Shown: positions 47,786 to 56,774 of the stretch, piece by piece
Layout of the letters: each line of letters opens with the position of its first letter
Numbering within the stretch: position 1 is the stretch's first letter
DNA from: an uncultured Gemmatimonadales bacterium
Lineage (GTDB): Bacteria > Gemmatimonadota > Gemmatimonadetes > Gemmatimonadales > GWC2-71-9
NCBI GenBank assembly: GCA_963825055.1
Contig: CAWGSK010000009.1
Coordinates: 32,001-96,000 of the forward strand
DNA length: 64,000 nt
Direction: 5' to 3'
The notes under the pieces: generated by a model
Told to the model about the DNA's origin: nothing
The model's input: only the letters and a program-made list of their open reading frames with translations
The model's database searches: none
Translations under genes and position numbers: made by a program

Positions 47786-49309
47786 ATGAAACGATTTCTG
47801 GTCATTCTATGCTTCGCCGCCGCTGCCTGCAGCGACGGAGGTCACGACGCGACGCTGAAGTACTATTTCACCTATGATCCGCGCTCCCTTGACCCCGCCC
47901 TCTCCACCGACGTTCCAACCGGCGAAGTCTCCGCCCTGCTGTTCGACAACGTGACACAATTTGATGTGGACGGGAACCTGGAGCCCGGCCTTGCCACCCG
48001 CTGGGAGGTCGATTCCGCCGGCCGCCGGTACACGTTCCATCTCCGCACCGACGCCCGCTTCCACGACGACCAGCCGGTAACGGCGACCGACGTCCGTGAT
48101 TCCTGGCTCCGAACCCTTCGCTCGGGCGGACGGACCTGGCCGCTCGTGCCGATCCAGGGTGCCCGGGCCTACGCCGCCGGCTCGGCCGATGCGGTGAGCG
48201 GCATCGCCATCCCGGACGACAGCACCGTGGTGGTGACCCTGGAGGAGCCGCTCAACGTCTTCCCCAAGCTCGTCGCAATGCCCTCGACCGCGATCGTCCC
48301 CACCCCGACCCCCACGGACTTCGACCAGCATCCGGTCGGGAGCGGACCGTGGCGCTTCGTCTCCTGGTCCCATGACGACCAGATCGTGCTCGCCAGGAAC
48401 GACGCCTACTGGGGCAAGGCGCCCGAGAGCGATACACTCGTCATCCGCATCATCCCGGAGCCGCTGACCCAGGCAGCCGAGTACGAGTCCGGACAGTTGA
48501 GCGTAGTGGAGATTCCGTTCAGCGAGACCACGCGCTGGGAAACGGAACATGGCGACGAGCTGCAGCGGCGCCCCGCGCTCCGTGACCTGTATATCGCCAT
48601 CAACACCACCCGCGGCCCGCTCCGGGACGTGCGGGTGCGGCACGCGCTCAACCTCGCGGTGGACGTGCCGACCATCCTGCGGACAGTGATGGGCGGCCGG
48701 GGTGAACTCGCCGCCGGCGCCCTGCCACCGGGCGTCATGGGCTACGACTCGACCCGGGCCCCTTACCCCTACGATCCCGACTCCGCCCGGGCACTGCTGA
48801 CCGCGGCAGGCTACCCGAAGGGATTCTCCCTCCAGCTCTGGCGCACGCAGCGCGCCGAACTGGCCCGGGTCGCCCAGGCGGTCCAGCAGGACCTGGCGAA
48901 GGTCGGCATCACGGCTGAGATCGTGGAGCGGGACGCCTCCAGCGCCCGGGCAGCGAGCGCCAAGGGCGAGGCCGACCTCTTCCTGACCGACTGGTACGCG
49001 GACTACCCGGACCCGGAGAGCTTCAACTACGCCACCTTCCACGGCCGGAACAGCGGCACCGGCGGGAACCGCGCCTTCTACAGCGACCCGGTGACCGACT
49101 CGCTCATCGTGCTCGCCCGCACCACCATCGACGAGGCCCGGAAGGCGGAGGTCTCGCGACAGATCGACGCGCGGATTTTCCAGGCGGCACCGTGGATCTT
49201 CCTGTGGTTCCCGGTGGACGTGTGGGCCGAGCGACCCGACGTCACCGGGTGGCGCATTCCCGCCATCTTCACCGGCCAGCGCTGGGTGGACGCGAAGCAC
49301 ACGCCGTGA
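47786..49309 (+). CDS. ABC transporter substrate-binding lipoprotein, family 5 (DppA/OppA-like)
   Basis: AAAC lipobox; SLDPA, PGLATRW, PVGSGPW, VRHALNLAVD. Confidence 0.9.
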   Translation: MKRFLVILCFAAAACSDGGHDATLKYYFTYDPRSLDPALSTDVPTGEVSALLFDNVTQFDVDGNLEPGLATRWEVDSAGRRYTFHLRTDARFHDDQPVTATDVRDSWLRTLRSGGRTWPLVPIQGARAYAAGSADAVSGIAIPDDSTVVVTLEEPLNVFPKLVAMPSTAIVPTPTPTDFDQHPVGSGPWRFVSWSHDDQIVLARNDAYWGKAPESDTLVIRIIPEPLTQAAEYESGQLSVVEIPFSETTRWETEHGDELQRRPALRDLYIAINTTRGPLRDVRVRHALNLAVDVPTILRTVMGGRGELAAGALPPGVMGYDSTRAPYPYDPDSARALLTAAGYPKGFSLQLWRTQRAELARVAQAVQQDLAKVGITAEIVERDASSARAASAKGEADLFLTDWYADYPDPESFNYATFHGRNSGTGGNRAFYSDPVTDSLIVLARTTIDEARKAEVSRQIDARIFQAAPWIFLWFPVDVWAERPDVTGWRIPAIFTGQRWVDAKHTP

Positions 49310-50223
49310 CCCGCTATCTCGCCGTCCGGCTCGCGCTTCTCGTCCCCACGCTCTTCGGGGTGCTGGTCGCCGCGTTCCTCCTGCTCTACGTCGCCCCGGG
49401 CGACCCGGTGCAGGCCATGGTCGGCGAGCGGGCGGATGCCGAAACGATCGCGCGCCTCCGCGCTGAACTTCACCTGGACGACCCGCTCCCGAAACAGTTC
49501 GTCGTCTACGTCGGCGGAGTCCTCCAGGGCGACCTCGGCCGGTCCTACATCACGCGCCGCCCCATCCTGCGGGACCTGATCGAGCGCTTCCCGGCCACCC
49601 TGCGCCTGGCCGGCGCGGCCATGCTCTTCGCCGTGCTCACCGGCGTCAGCATCGGCGTGTACGGCGCCTGGCGCCCGGGTACGTGGGCCGACCGCCTGAC
49701 CACGGTGGGCGCCTACCTCGGCATCTCCTTCCCGGTCTACTGGGTCGGGCTGCTGCTCATCCTGGTCTTCGCGGTGCAGCTGCGCTGGCTCCCCGCGTCA
49801 GGGTCGGGAGGCCTGAAGTACCTCATCCTCCCCGCGATCACGCTCGGCATGCGGTCGGTCGCCTTCCTGGCCCGCATGACCCGCGCGGCAACGCAGGAGA
49901 TGCTGCAGAGCGACTTCATCCGGACCGCGCGCGCAAAGGGACTCGGCGAGGCCAGGGTCCTGGTCCACGCGATCCGGAACGCGATGCTCCCCGTCCTCAC
50001 CGTCATCGGACTTGATTTCGGCAGCTACCTGACCGGCTCCATCCTGACCGAGACCATCTTCAGCTGGCCCGGTGTGGGCCGGTACGTCCTGACCGCCATC
50101 GACAAGCGCGACCTCCCGGCCATCCAGGGAAGTATCCTGTTCCTGAGCCTGGTGTTCGTGATCGTCAACCTCCTTACCGACCTGCTCTATGCAAAGGCCG
50201 ATCCCCGTGTCGCCTACGACTGA
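49306..50223 (+). CDS. Peptide ABC transporter permease, DppB/OppB type
   Basis: PGDP, GDLGRS, DFIRTARAKG, ETIFSWPGVG, DPRV. Confidence 0.92.
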   Translation: MTRYLAVRLALLVPTLFGVLVAAFLLLYVAPGDPVQAMVGERADAETIARLRAELHLDDPLPKQFVVYVGGVLQGDLGRSYITRRPILRDLIERFPATLRLAGAAMLFAVLTGVSIGVYGAWRPGTWADRLTTVGAYLGISFPVYWVGLLLILVFAVQLRWLPASGSGGLKYLILPAITLGMRSVAFLARMTRAATQEMLQSDFIRTARAKGLGEARVLVHAIRNAMLPVLTVIGLDFGSYLTGSILTETIFSWPGVGRYVLTAIDKRDLPAIQGSILFLSLVFVIVNLLTDLLYAKADPRVAYD

Positions 50224-51712
50224 CCGATTCATCCATCATGTCCGCACCGCCGTCCTCTTCCTCCTGCCGGCGCTGTTCGTCGCGCAGCCGGCGGCGGGCC
50301 AGTCCCTGTCCCGCCGCATGGATCGCCGGCTCGACGCCGTCCCGTTCAACCACCAGCTCTGGGGTGTCGCCCTGGTGGATGCGTCCGGGAAGCTGCTCTA
50401 CAGCCGGAACGCGGATCGCCTGTTCATCCCGGCCAGCAACACCAAGCTGGTGGTCAGCGCGGTGGCCTCGGCGCTCTTCCCGCCCGACTGGACGGTGCGC
50501 ACCAGCGTCTACGCCGACGGCCCGGTGGTGGACGGGGTCCTCGAGGGCGACCTGGTCCTCTACGGGCGTGGCGACCCGACCTTCAGCCGGCGCTGCTACG
50601 CCATCGACACGACGGCCGCCGGCGCCTGCGACGCCGCGCCCGACCGGCGGCTCGCCGGCCTCGTCGCGGCGCTCAAGTCGCGCGGGCTCCGGGTGGTGAA
50701 TGGTGACGTGGTCGGCGACGGGAGCTACTTCGAGCCCGAACTGGTCAACCCCGGCTGGGAGGTCTATGACCTCAACTGGTGGTATGCCGCGCCGGTGAGT
50801 GCGCTGGGCTACAATGACAACAGCATCGATATCAGCTGGAAACCGGGGGCGACGGTCGGCGCGCCGGCCGTGATCACCTTCACCCCGGACTTCGGCAGCA
50901 TTGCGCTGGTCAACCAGACCCGTACGGTGCCCCCCGACCAGCCGACAACAATCGACTTCTTCCGCGATCCCGGCACCATGACGGTGCGGGCGATCGGGGA
51001 CGTCGCCGTGGACGCACGGGGCCGCGAGGAATACCTCGCCCTCCCGGACCCGAACCGGTTCGCCGCCGAGGCACTCCGCCAGGAGCTGGCGGACAGCGGC
51101 ATCGCCGTCCTTGGCGGCGTGGCATCAACCACCGACTCCACGCGCTATGCCCATGTCCGCTCCGGCGCGGCCATGGCGGAAGTCGAGAGCCGGCCGCTCA
51201 AGGACTGGATCTTCCCGATCCTCAACACCAGCCAGAACTGGTTCGCGGAGATGACCCTCAAGCAGCTTGGCCGGCAGTTCGGCGGGGCCGGCTCGTGGAA
51301 GGAGGGCATCAGCGTCGAGCGCCGGTTCCTGATCGACTCGGTGGGGATCGATTCGACCCGCTTCAGCCTGAGCGACGGCAGCGGCCTCTCCAGCACCAAC
51401 CTGGTCACCCCACTCGCTTTCACCAGCCTGCTTCGCTTCATTCGTGGGCATCCGCACTGGCCGACATTCTCCGCCGGCCTCCCGCTGGCCGGGCAGCGCG
51501 GGTCACTGCGGTTCCGCTTCGCGGAGACGCCGCTGGCCGGGCACGTTCGAGCGAAGACCGGGAGCATCTCGCAGGTCAACACCCTCTCCGGTTTCATCGA
51601 GCGCGCCGACGGGAAATTCCGCGTCTTCTCGGTGCAGGCCAACCACCACACCCAGCGCGGACGCGACATGATCGCGGCGATCGACAGCCTGGTGGTGGAG
51701 ATGGGGAGGTGA
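50189..51712 (+). CDS. dacB: D-Ala-D-Ala carboxypeptidase/endopeptidase (PBP4, peptidase S13); start uncertain (50189 or GTG 50207)
   Basis: PASNTK (SxxK), SQN (SxN), DGSGLS, AKTG. Confidence 0.92.
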   Translation: MQRPIPVSPTTDRFIHHVRTAVLFLLPALFVAQPAAGQSLSRRMDRRLDAVPFNHQLWGVALVDASGKLLYSRNADRLFIPASNTKLVVSAVASALFPPDWTVRTSVYADGPVVDGVLEGDLVLYGRGDPTFSRRCYAIDTTAAGACDAAPDRRLAGLVAALKSRGLRVVNGDVVGDGSYFEPELVNPGWEVYDLNWWYAAPVSALGYNDNSIDISWKPGATVGAPAVITFTPDFGSIALVNQTRTVPPDQPTTIDFFRDPGTMTVRAIGDVAVDARGREEYLALPDPNRFAAEALRQELADSGIAVLGGVASTTDSTRYAHVRSGAAMAEVESRPLKDWIFPILNTSQNWFAEMTLKQLGRQFGGAGSWKEGISVERRFLIDSVGIDSTRFSLSDGSGLSSTNLVTPLAFTSLLRFIRGHPHWPTFSAGLPLAGQRGSLRFRFAETPLAGHVRAKTGSISQVNTLSGFIERADGKFRVFSVQANHHTQRGRDMIAAIDSLVVEMGR

Positions 51713-51808
51713 CAGTGATTAGTGCTTCAGGGGGAGTGCAGTGCACGGCATCTCGCCTGCGGTTCCGTAGCCTGCCTCCCAGGCACTACTCACTCCTCAC
51801 TACTCACC
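51709..51808. repeat. ~100-bp palindromic element, copy 1 (heptamer-armed inverted repeats around a 57-bp core)
   Basis: Left arm GTGACAGTGATTAGTGC, right arm GCACTACTCACTCCTCACTACTCAC; core homologous to 52366-52421. Confidence 0.8.
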
Positions 51809-51847
51809 GGTCACGGCAGGAACTCACAACAGCAGGGAGATCACCCC

Positions 51848-52342
51848 ATGCTCATCATGCTCGTGCGTCACGCCCAGGCGGCGGATCAGGATGCCGAGAA
51901 ATATCCGGATGACACGCGCCGGCCCTTGACCCGGAAGGGCAAGGCCTCGCACGCGCGGCTCACCCGTGCCCTGGTCAAGCGGGACATCCGCCCTGACGTC
52001 ATCCTGTCGAGCCCCTGGAAGCGGGCGTGGCAGACCGCGGAGATCATGGCCCAGAGCTATGCCGACGCGGGACACAACGTACCGGTGCGTCCGGCGGAGA
52101 GCCTGGCGGACGCCCCGGACCTGGCCCGCATCGCCGAAGAGGTCTCGCTTGGACGGGCGAAGGGCATCGCCCTGGTGGGGCACGAGCCGTGGATGAGTGA
52201 GCTGGCCGGCCTGCTGCTGACCGGCAGCCCGGAGGGACTGGCGATTGACTATCCGAAGGGCGGCGTGGTGGGAATCGAGGCGGAGGACCTGGCCCCGGCC
52301 AGCGGGTCTCTCAGGTTCTTCCTCAGGCCGAAGATGTTCTGA
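51848..52342 (+). CDS. sixA: Phosphohistidine phosphatase SixA
   Basis: LVRHAQA, RPLTRKG, SSPWKRAWQTA, LVGHEP. Confidence 0.88.
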   Translation: MLIMLVRHAQAADQDAEKYPDDTRRPLTRKGKASHARLTRALVKRDIRPDVILSSPWKRAWQTAEIMAQSYADAGHNVPVRPAESLADAPDLARIAEEVSLGRAKGIALVGHEPWMSELAGLLLTGSPEGLAIDYPKGGVVGIEAEDLAPASGSLRFFLRPKMF

Positions 52343-52343
52343 A

Positions 52344-52450
52344 GGCAGTGAGTAGTGAGTAGTGCATTATTGCAAGTGCCTTATCCGGACGTTGCCCGCG
52401 GTTCCGAGGCCTGCCCTCCAAGCACTACTCACTACTCACTACTCACTGCC
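52344..52450. repeat. ~105-bp palindromic element, copy 2
   Basis: GGCAGTGAGTAGTGAGTAGTGC (52344-52365) is complementary to GCACTACTCACTACTCACTACTCACTGCC (52422-52450); 56-bp core. Confidence 0.88.
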
Positions 52451-53482
52451 CTCCTCCTTCTGCCCGAAAATCGCCAGGTTCGACGAGTGCCCCGGGTTCA
52501 CCTTCCGGTCGGGGTAGATGTAATGCACCGCGTTGTTCACCGCGATGCACGCCTCGCCGACGCCGGTGGCGATGAGCTTGAGCTTCCCGGGATAGCTGGT
52601 GATGTCGCCCGCCGCGAAGATGCCGGGGACGTTGGTGGACATGACCTGGTCCACCTTGATGTCGGCGCGTTCCGACTCGAGCCCCCATTCCCTGATGGCG
52701 CCGAGGTCGGAGTGAAAGCCCAGGAGGGGAATGACCGCGTCCATCTCCAGGGTCTCCTCCTCCTTCGTCTGGTTCTGCACCAGCGTCACGCGCTCGACCC
52801 GGTCCCTGCCCTCCACGGCCTTCACCTCCCAGAACGTCCGCAGGGAGCAGTGGCCTTCCCCCGACAGGTTACGGACCTGCTGGATGGTCGCCTCGTGCGC
52901 CCGGAAGCCGTCCCGGCGGTGGATCAGCATCACCGACCGCGCAATCCCCTGGAGGTTCACGGCCCAGTCGAAGGCGGAATCGCCACCGCCCACGATGAGC
53001 ACCCGCTGGCCCACAAACAGCTTCGGGTCAATGACGCTGTGGTAGAGACCGCATCCCTCGAAACGCTCGACGTCCTTCACCCGAAGGCGACGCGGCTCGA
53101 ACGCCCCGATTCCGCCGGCGATGATGATCGTCCGGCTGGCGTACACGCCACCACTCGTCTCCAGGAGGAAGCGCCCGATGCCTCCCTCCTCTTCCGCACG
53201 CGAGAGGCCCGTGACCACTTCGTTGAGCCGTGTCTCGGCCCCGAACTGGAGCCCCTGTTCCGTCATGTTGCGGACCAGGTCCTTCGCCAGGATCTTCGGG
53301 AAGCCGGCCACGTCGAAGATGTATTTTTCCGGATAGAGGGCCATGAGCTGGCCGCCGAGCGCCGGCAGGGCATCGATGATCCGGCAACTCGCACCCCGCA
53401 TCCCGGCATAGAAAGCCGCGAAGAGGCCGGTCGGTCCACCTCCGATGATGGAAATGTCCTTCGTGTCGCCGTCGGTCGTCAC
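52439..53482 (-). CDS. Thioredoxin-reductase-type ferredoxin--NADP(+) reductase (YumC-like)
   Basis: IIGGGPTGLFAAFYAGMRG, GGQL..LYPEK.I.D, VGGGDSAFDW, KLIATG, PGHSS; lacks the CxxC of true TrxR. Confidence 0.88.
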   Translation of the reverse strand: MTTDGDTKDISIIGGGPTGLFAAFYAGMRGASCRIIDALPALGGQLMALYPEKYIFDVAGFPKILAKDLVRNMTEQGLQFGAETRLNEVVTGLSRAEEEGGIGRFLLETSGGVYASRTIIIAGGIGAFEPRRLRVKDVERFEGCGLYHSVIDPKLFVGQRVLIVGGGDSAFDWAVNLQGIARSVMLIHRRDGFRAHEATIQQVRNLSGEGHCSLRTFWEVKAVEGRDRVERVTLVQNQTKEEETLEMDAVIPLLGFHSDLGAIREWGLESERADIKVDQVMSTNVPGIFAAGDITSYPGKLKLIATGVGEACIAVNNAVHYIYPDRKVNPGHSSNLAIFGQKEEGSE

Positions 53483-53617
53483 GCGTCGTCCTTCCCGGTG
53501 GTCGGATGAGATGGCCCGGGATGCCCGGACGGGGTAAATATAGACGGGCGGTGGCAGCCGGCAGCGGTGGCGCGGTGCGCAGGGAAGCAGAGGCACGGAC
53601 TCACGCATGGAGGCTGG

Positions 53618-54745
53618 ATGAACGGGCGACACCGACCGGCGGTCAGGCGGATCTGGATGCTGGGCATCATCGCGGCCGCTGCTGTCATCGGTGGCTGCCA
53701 CGCGACCGGCAACATCATCCGCACACTGCTGGAGGAGCGCCCGCCACTCCCCATCAGAAGCTTCGGCGTCGCGAGCGACGCCCGGCTCGACAGCCTCGGC
53801 CGCCTGCGCGGCAGCCTGGTGGGCGAGGGCACCGGGCGGGCAGTCCACCTGCTCTCCAGCGACACCGCGCTTATCGCCGATCTCGTCCGCACCCACCGGC
53901 CCGACATCATCCGCCGCGGGGACCTGTGGGGCTCGCTCGCTCGCGCCGGGCTGGTCACCATCGATCCCGGCGTGGTGCAACCGGGCCCAGGACGCCGTGA
54001 GCGGATCCTGGCCGGCTCACCCGCCGGACACACCGAAGTGCGCCTGGCCTCCGTGCTGGTGCGCGGGAGTCGCTGCGGCTGGCGCGGCGCGCAGGCCGAG
54101 TTGATCGTGGAACCGCCCCCCACCGACCGGGACGGCCCGCCCCTGCTGGGTCCGGTGGTGGGTTCCTTCCAGGGTGGAATCGCCTACAGCCGCCCGGTGT
54201 TCCGTCCCGTCGCCTCCCCTCCCGGCGAGGCGCTGCTGGATACGCTGATCGCCCGGACGAGCACGGAGCTGATGGCGTCGACCGACAGCCTCCTGCCGGG
54301 CCTCGACCGGCCGGTTACGCCGCTGGGCAACCCGGGTCTCGCCGTCAACACCCTGCTCGACGTCAATGCGGTGGATATCGTCCCGATCCAGGCTGGCCGG
54401 GGACGCACCCGGTACGTGGTATCCCTTCGACGGCAGGCGCTCACCGCCCGGGGCGACACGGTCCTGGCTGCCATGGTCATGGTCTGGGACAGCGCCGGCG
54501 CATGGCGCCAGGTGATCCTCCGCCCGACCGTTTTTGACGACCAGTTCGGCGGGCTTCGCCCGCGCCGGGGCCTGGCCCCGGTGTACTGGCGCCGGCTTCA
54601 GGCGATGTCGGGGTTCGGTTATGACCGGGACTACGTGTGGATGGAACAGTTCGACCCGCGGGACGGCACCGTGCTCTGGGGCGTCATCGAGCCGTGGGCA
54701 AACGTCGTCGTGGCTGCGGCCGAGGTGGCCGGGCCGTGCCAGTGA
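53618..54745 (+). CDS. Hypothetical lipoprotein
   Basis: GGAGG SD; basic N-terminus, hydrophobic stretch and IGGC lipobox-like motif. Confidence 0.65.
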   Translation: MNGRHRPAVRRIWMLGIIAAAAVIGGCHATGNIIRTLLEERPPLPIRSFGVASDARLDSLGRLRGSLVGEGTGRAVHLLSSDTALIADLVRTHRPDIIRRGDLWGSLARAGLVTIDPGVVQPGPGRRERILAGSPAGHTEVRLASVLVRGSRCGWRGAQAELIVEPPPTDRDGPPLLGPVVGSFQGGIAYSRPVFRPVASPPGEALLDTLIARTSTELMASTDSLLPGLDRPVTPLGNPGLAVNTLLDVNAVDIVPIQAGRGRTRYVVSLRRQALTARGDTVLAAMVMVWDSAGAWRQVILRPTVFDDQFGGLRPRRGLAPVYWRRLQAMSGFGYDRDYVWMEQFDPRDGTVLWGVIEPWANVVVAAAEVAGPCQ

Positions 54746-54755
54746 GGGGAAGGCC

Positions 54756-55301
54756 ATGAAGATCTATACCCGGACGGGCGACACGGGCGACACCGCGCTC
54801 TTCGGCGGCGGGCGCGTTCCCAAGGATCACGTCCGCGTCACGGCGTACGGTGAGGTGGATGAACTCAACTCGGTCCTCGGGCTCGCGCGGGCTGCTGACC
54901 CGCGGGACTTCTGCGACGAGTTGCTCGAGACCATCCAGCAGGACCTCTTCTCGATCGGGGGCCATCTCGCGACGCCCGACCCGGCACGGGTGCGCGCGGC
55001 ACTCGAGAAAGCGGAACTCGACCCCTCGCGGATCGAGCGGTTCGAACAGGAGATGGATCGCGCCACCGATGAGCTTCCCCCGCTCCGCGCATTCATCCTC
55101 CCGGCCGGCAGCGAGAAGGCCGCCCGGCTCCATGTCGCGCGCACGGTGTGCCGCCGCGCCGAGCGCGCGGTGGTCCGGCTGGCGCATGACGCGGAGGTGC
55201 CGGGGCTCTTCCTGACGTATCTGAACCGGCTCTCCGACCTGCTCTTCACCCTCGCCCGGCTCGCGAACCATCGGGCCGGCACGCCCGATACCACCTGGTG
55301 A
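54756..55301 (+). CDS. Cob(I)alamin adenosyltransferase, PduO type
   Basis: MKIYTRTGD.G.T, YGEVDELNS, RTVCRRAER, YLNRLSD. Confidence 0.93.
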   Translation: MKIYTRTGDTGDTALFGGGRVPKDHVRVTAYGEVDELNSVLGLARAADPRDFCDELLETIQQDLFSIGGHLATPDPARVRAALEKAELDPSRIERFEQEMDRATDELPPLRAFILPAGSEKAARLHVARTVCRRAERAVVRLAHDAEVPGLFLTYLNRLSDLLFTLARLANHRAGTPDTTW

Positions 55302-56440
55302 ACGCCCCGCTCGCCATCCGCCACGCCGGGGGTTCGTACCAGGTACACGTGACCTCGGGCGCCCTGCTCGAGCTGGACCGGCTCGTCCGCCACGCGGTGG
55401 GTCCCCGGCCGGTGGTCCTGCTGTCCGACGAGAACGTCCTGCGGTGCTACGACGAATGGACGAGCGGTACGCCGGAAGCGCGTCGCCTGGGCGCGCGCGC
55501 CAGTGATGCGGGGCTGCGGCTTCGCGTCCACCTGCGCCTCCCGTTCCCTCCCGGCGAAGTGAGCAAGACCCGCGGAATGTGGGCGGACCTGACCGATCGC
55601 ATGCTCGACGCAGGCATCGGACGGGACGCGGTGCTGGTGGCGATGGGCGGGGGTGTCGCGGGCGACCTCGGCGGGTTCGTCGCGGCCACCTACCTCCGCG
55701 GGATTCCCTGCGTACAGGTGCCCACGAGCCTTGTCGCGATGGTGGACGCATCCGTCGGCGGGAAAGTCGGCGTCGACACACCGGCCGGGAAGAACCTGGT
55801 CGGCGCCTTTCATCAGCCGGCCCTCGTGGTGGCAGACCCGCTCACCCTGGTGAGCCTTCCGGAACGGGAGTATCGCGGTGGACTGGCCGAGGCGGTGAAA
55901 CACGGGCTGGTGGCGGATGCGGGGTACTTCGAGTGGATGGAGTCCAGCATCCGGCCGCTCCGCCAGCGCCAGTCGGCGTCGCTGGAAACGCTGGTCCGCG
56001 GAAGCGTCGCCATCAAGGCCGCCGTCGTGAGCGCGGACGAGCGCGAAGCGGGCGAGCGCGCGATCCTGAACGCCGGACACACGGTGGCGCACGCACTCGA
56101 ACACGCAAGCGGGTGGGCGCTGCCGCATGGAGATGCGGTGGCGATCGGGCTTGTCACCGAGGCGACACTCGCGGCCCGCATGGGCCTGGCCGACCCCTCG
56201 CTGGTGGCACGCCTCCGGAACCTGCTCCAGCGGTTTGGCCTGCCGGTGGCCCCTCCGGCGGGGCTCGACCCGGCGGGGCTCGGCACGGCGCTCGGCCGCG
56301 ACAAGAAGAACCGCCCTGGGGAGGTGCGCTGCGCCCTTCCCGAGGCCATCGGCAGCACCCACCGCCCGGACAGCGGCTGGACCACTGTCGTGGACGTGGA
56401 TGCCCTGCTCTCGGTCCTCACCAGCCCACCGCCTGAGTAG
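55298..56440 (+). CDS. aroB: 3-dehydroquinate synthase
   Basis: GGGVAGDLGGF, PTSLVAMVDASVGGK, KNLVGAF, LNAGHT..HALE, DKK. Confidence 0.93.
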   Translation: MNAPLAIRHAGGSYQVHVTSGALLELDRLVRHAVGPRPVVLLSDENVLRCYDEWTSGTPEARRLGARASDAGLRLRVHLRLPFPPGEVSKTRGMWADLTDRMLDAGIGRDAVLVAMGGGVAGDLGGFVAATYLRGIPCVQVPTSLVAMVDASVGGKVGVDTPAGKNLVGAFHQPALVVADPLTLVSLPEREYRGGLAEAVKHGLVADAGYFEWMESSIRPLRQRQSASLETLVRGSVAIKAAVVSADEREAGERAILNAGHTVAHALEHASGWALPHGDAVAIGLVTEATLAARMGLADPSLVARLRNLLQRFGLPVAPPAGLDPAGLGTALGRDKKNRPGEVRCALPEAIGSTHRPDSGWTTVVDVDALLSVLTSPPPE

Positions 56441-56676
56441 CTCCTCGCCCCCCCCGACCTCCTGACCTTCTTCACATTTCCCCACGAGTACTCCCCATCC
56501 ACCCACACGCCCCACAATAGCGCACAATTTCTCCACCAGGCCTCCGCCGACGGTCACCTATCATCCTTGATAGGATTGGCAGAACATTCCGCAAGTAGTA
56601 TCTATGTAGTGGTTTGGGTGGATTTGTCAGTGCAGATTTTCGCAGGCAAGTTTGTGATGTGGGAAAAATACATTCA

Positions 56677-56705
56677 TTGACCTTGTACAGGGTTGATCGT
56701 ATATT
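56677..56705 (+). promoter_or_regulatory. Sigma-70 promoter of the sigma factor gene
   Basis: TTGACC-N17-TATATT within an AT-rich 330-bp intergenic region. Confidence 0.7.
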
Positions 56706-56774
56706 GACCCGATCATCGGTGCCCTTCCTCGACGGCTCTTCATACTCTTCGACAGGCACAATCCGGGGTTCGTC

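Noticed and set aside
51709..52450. Integron attC sites flanking sixA
   Set aside because: No RYYYAAC/GTTRRRY core ends and no integrase; kept only as a generic palindromic element.
56576..56593. Sigma-54-like TTGGCAGAACATTCCGC upstream of the sigma factor
   Set aside because: GG-to-GC spacing is 11 rather than the required 10.
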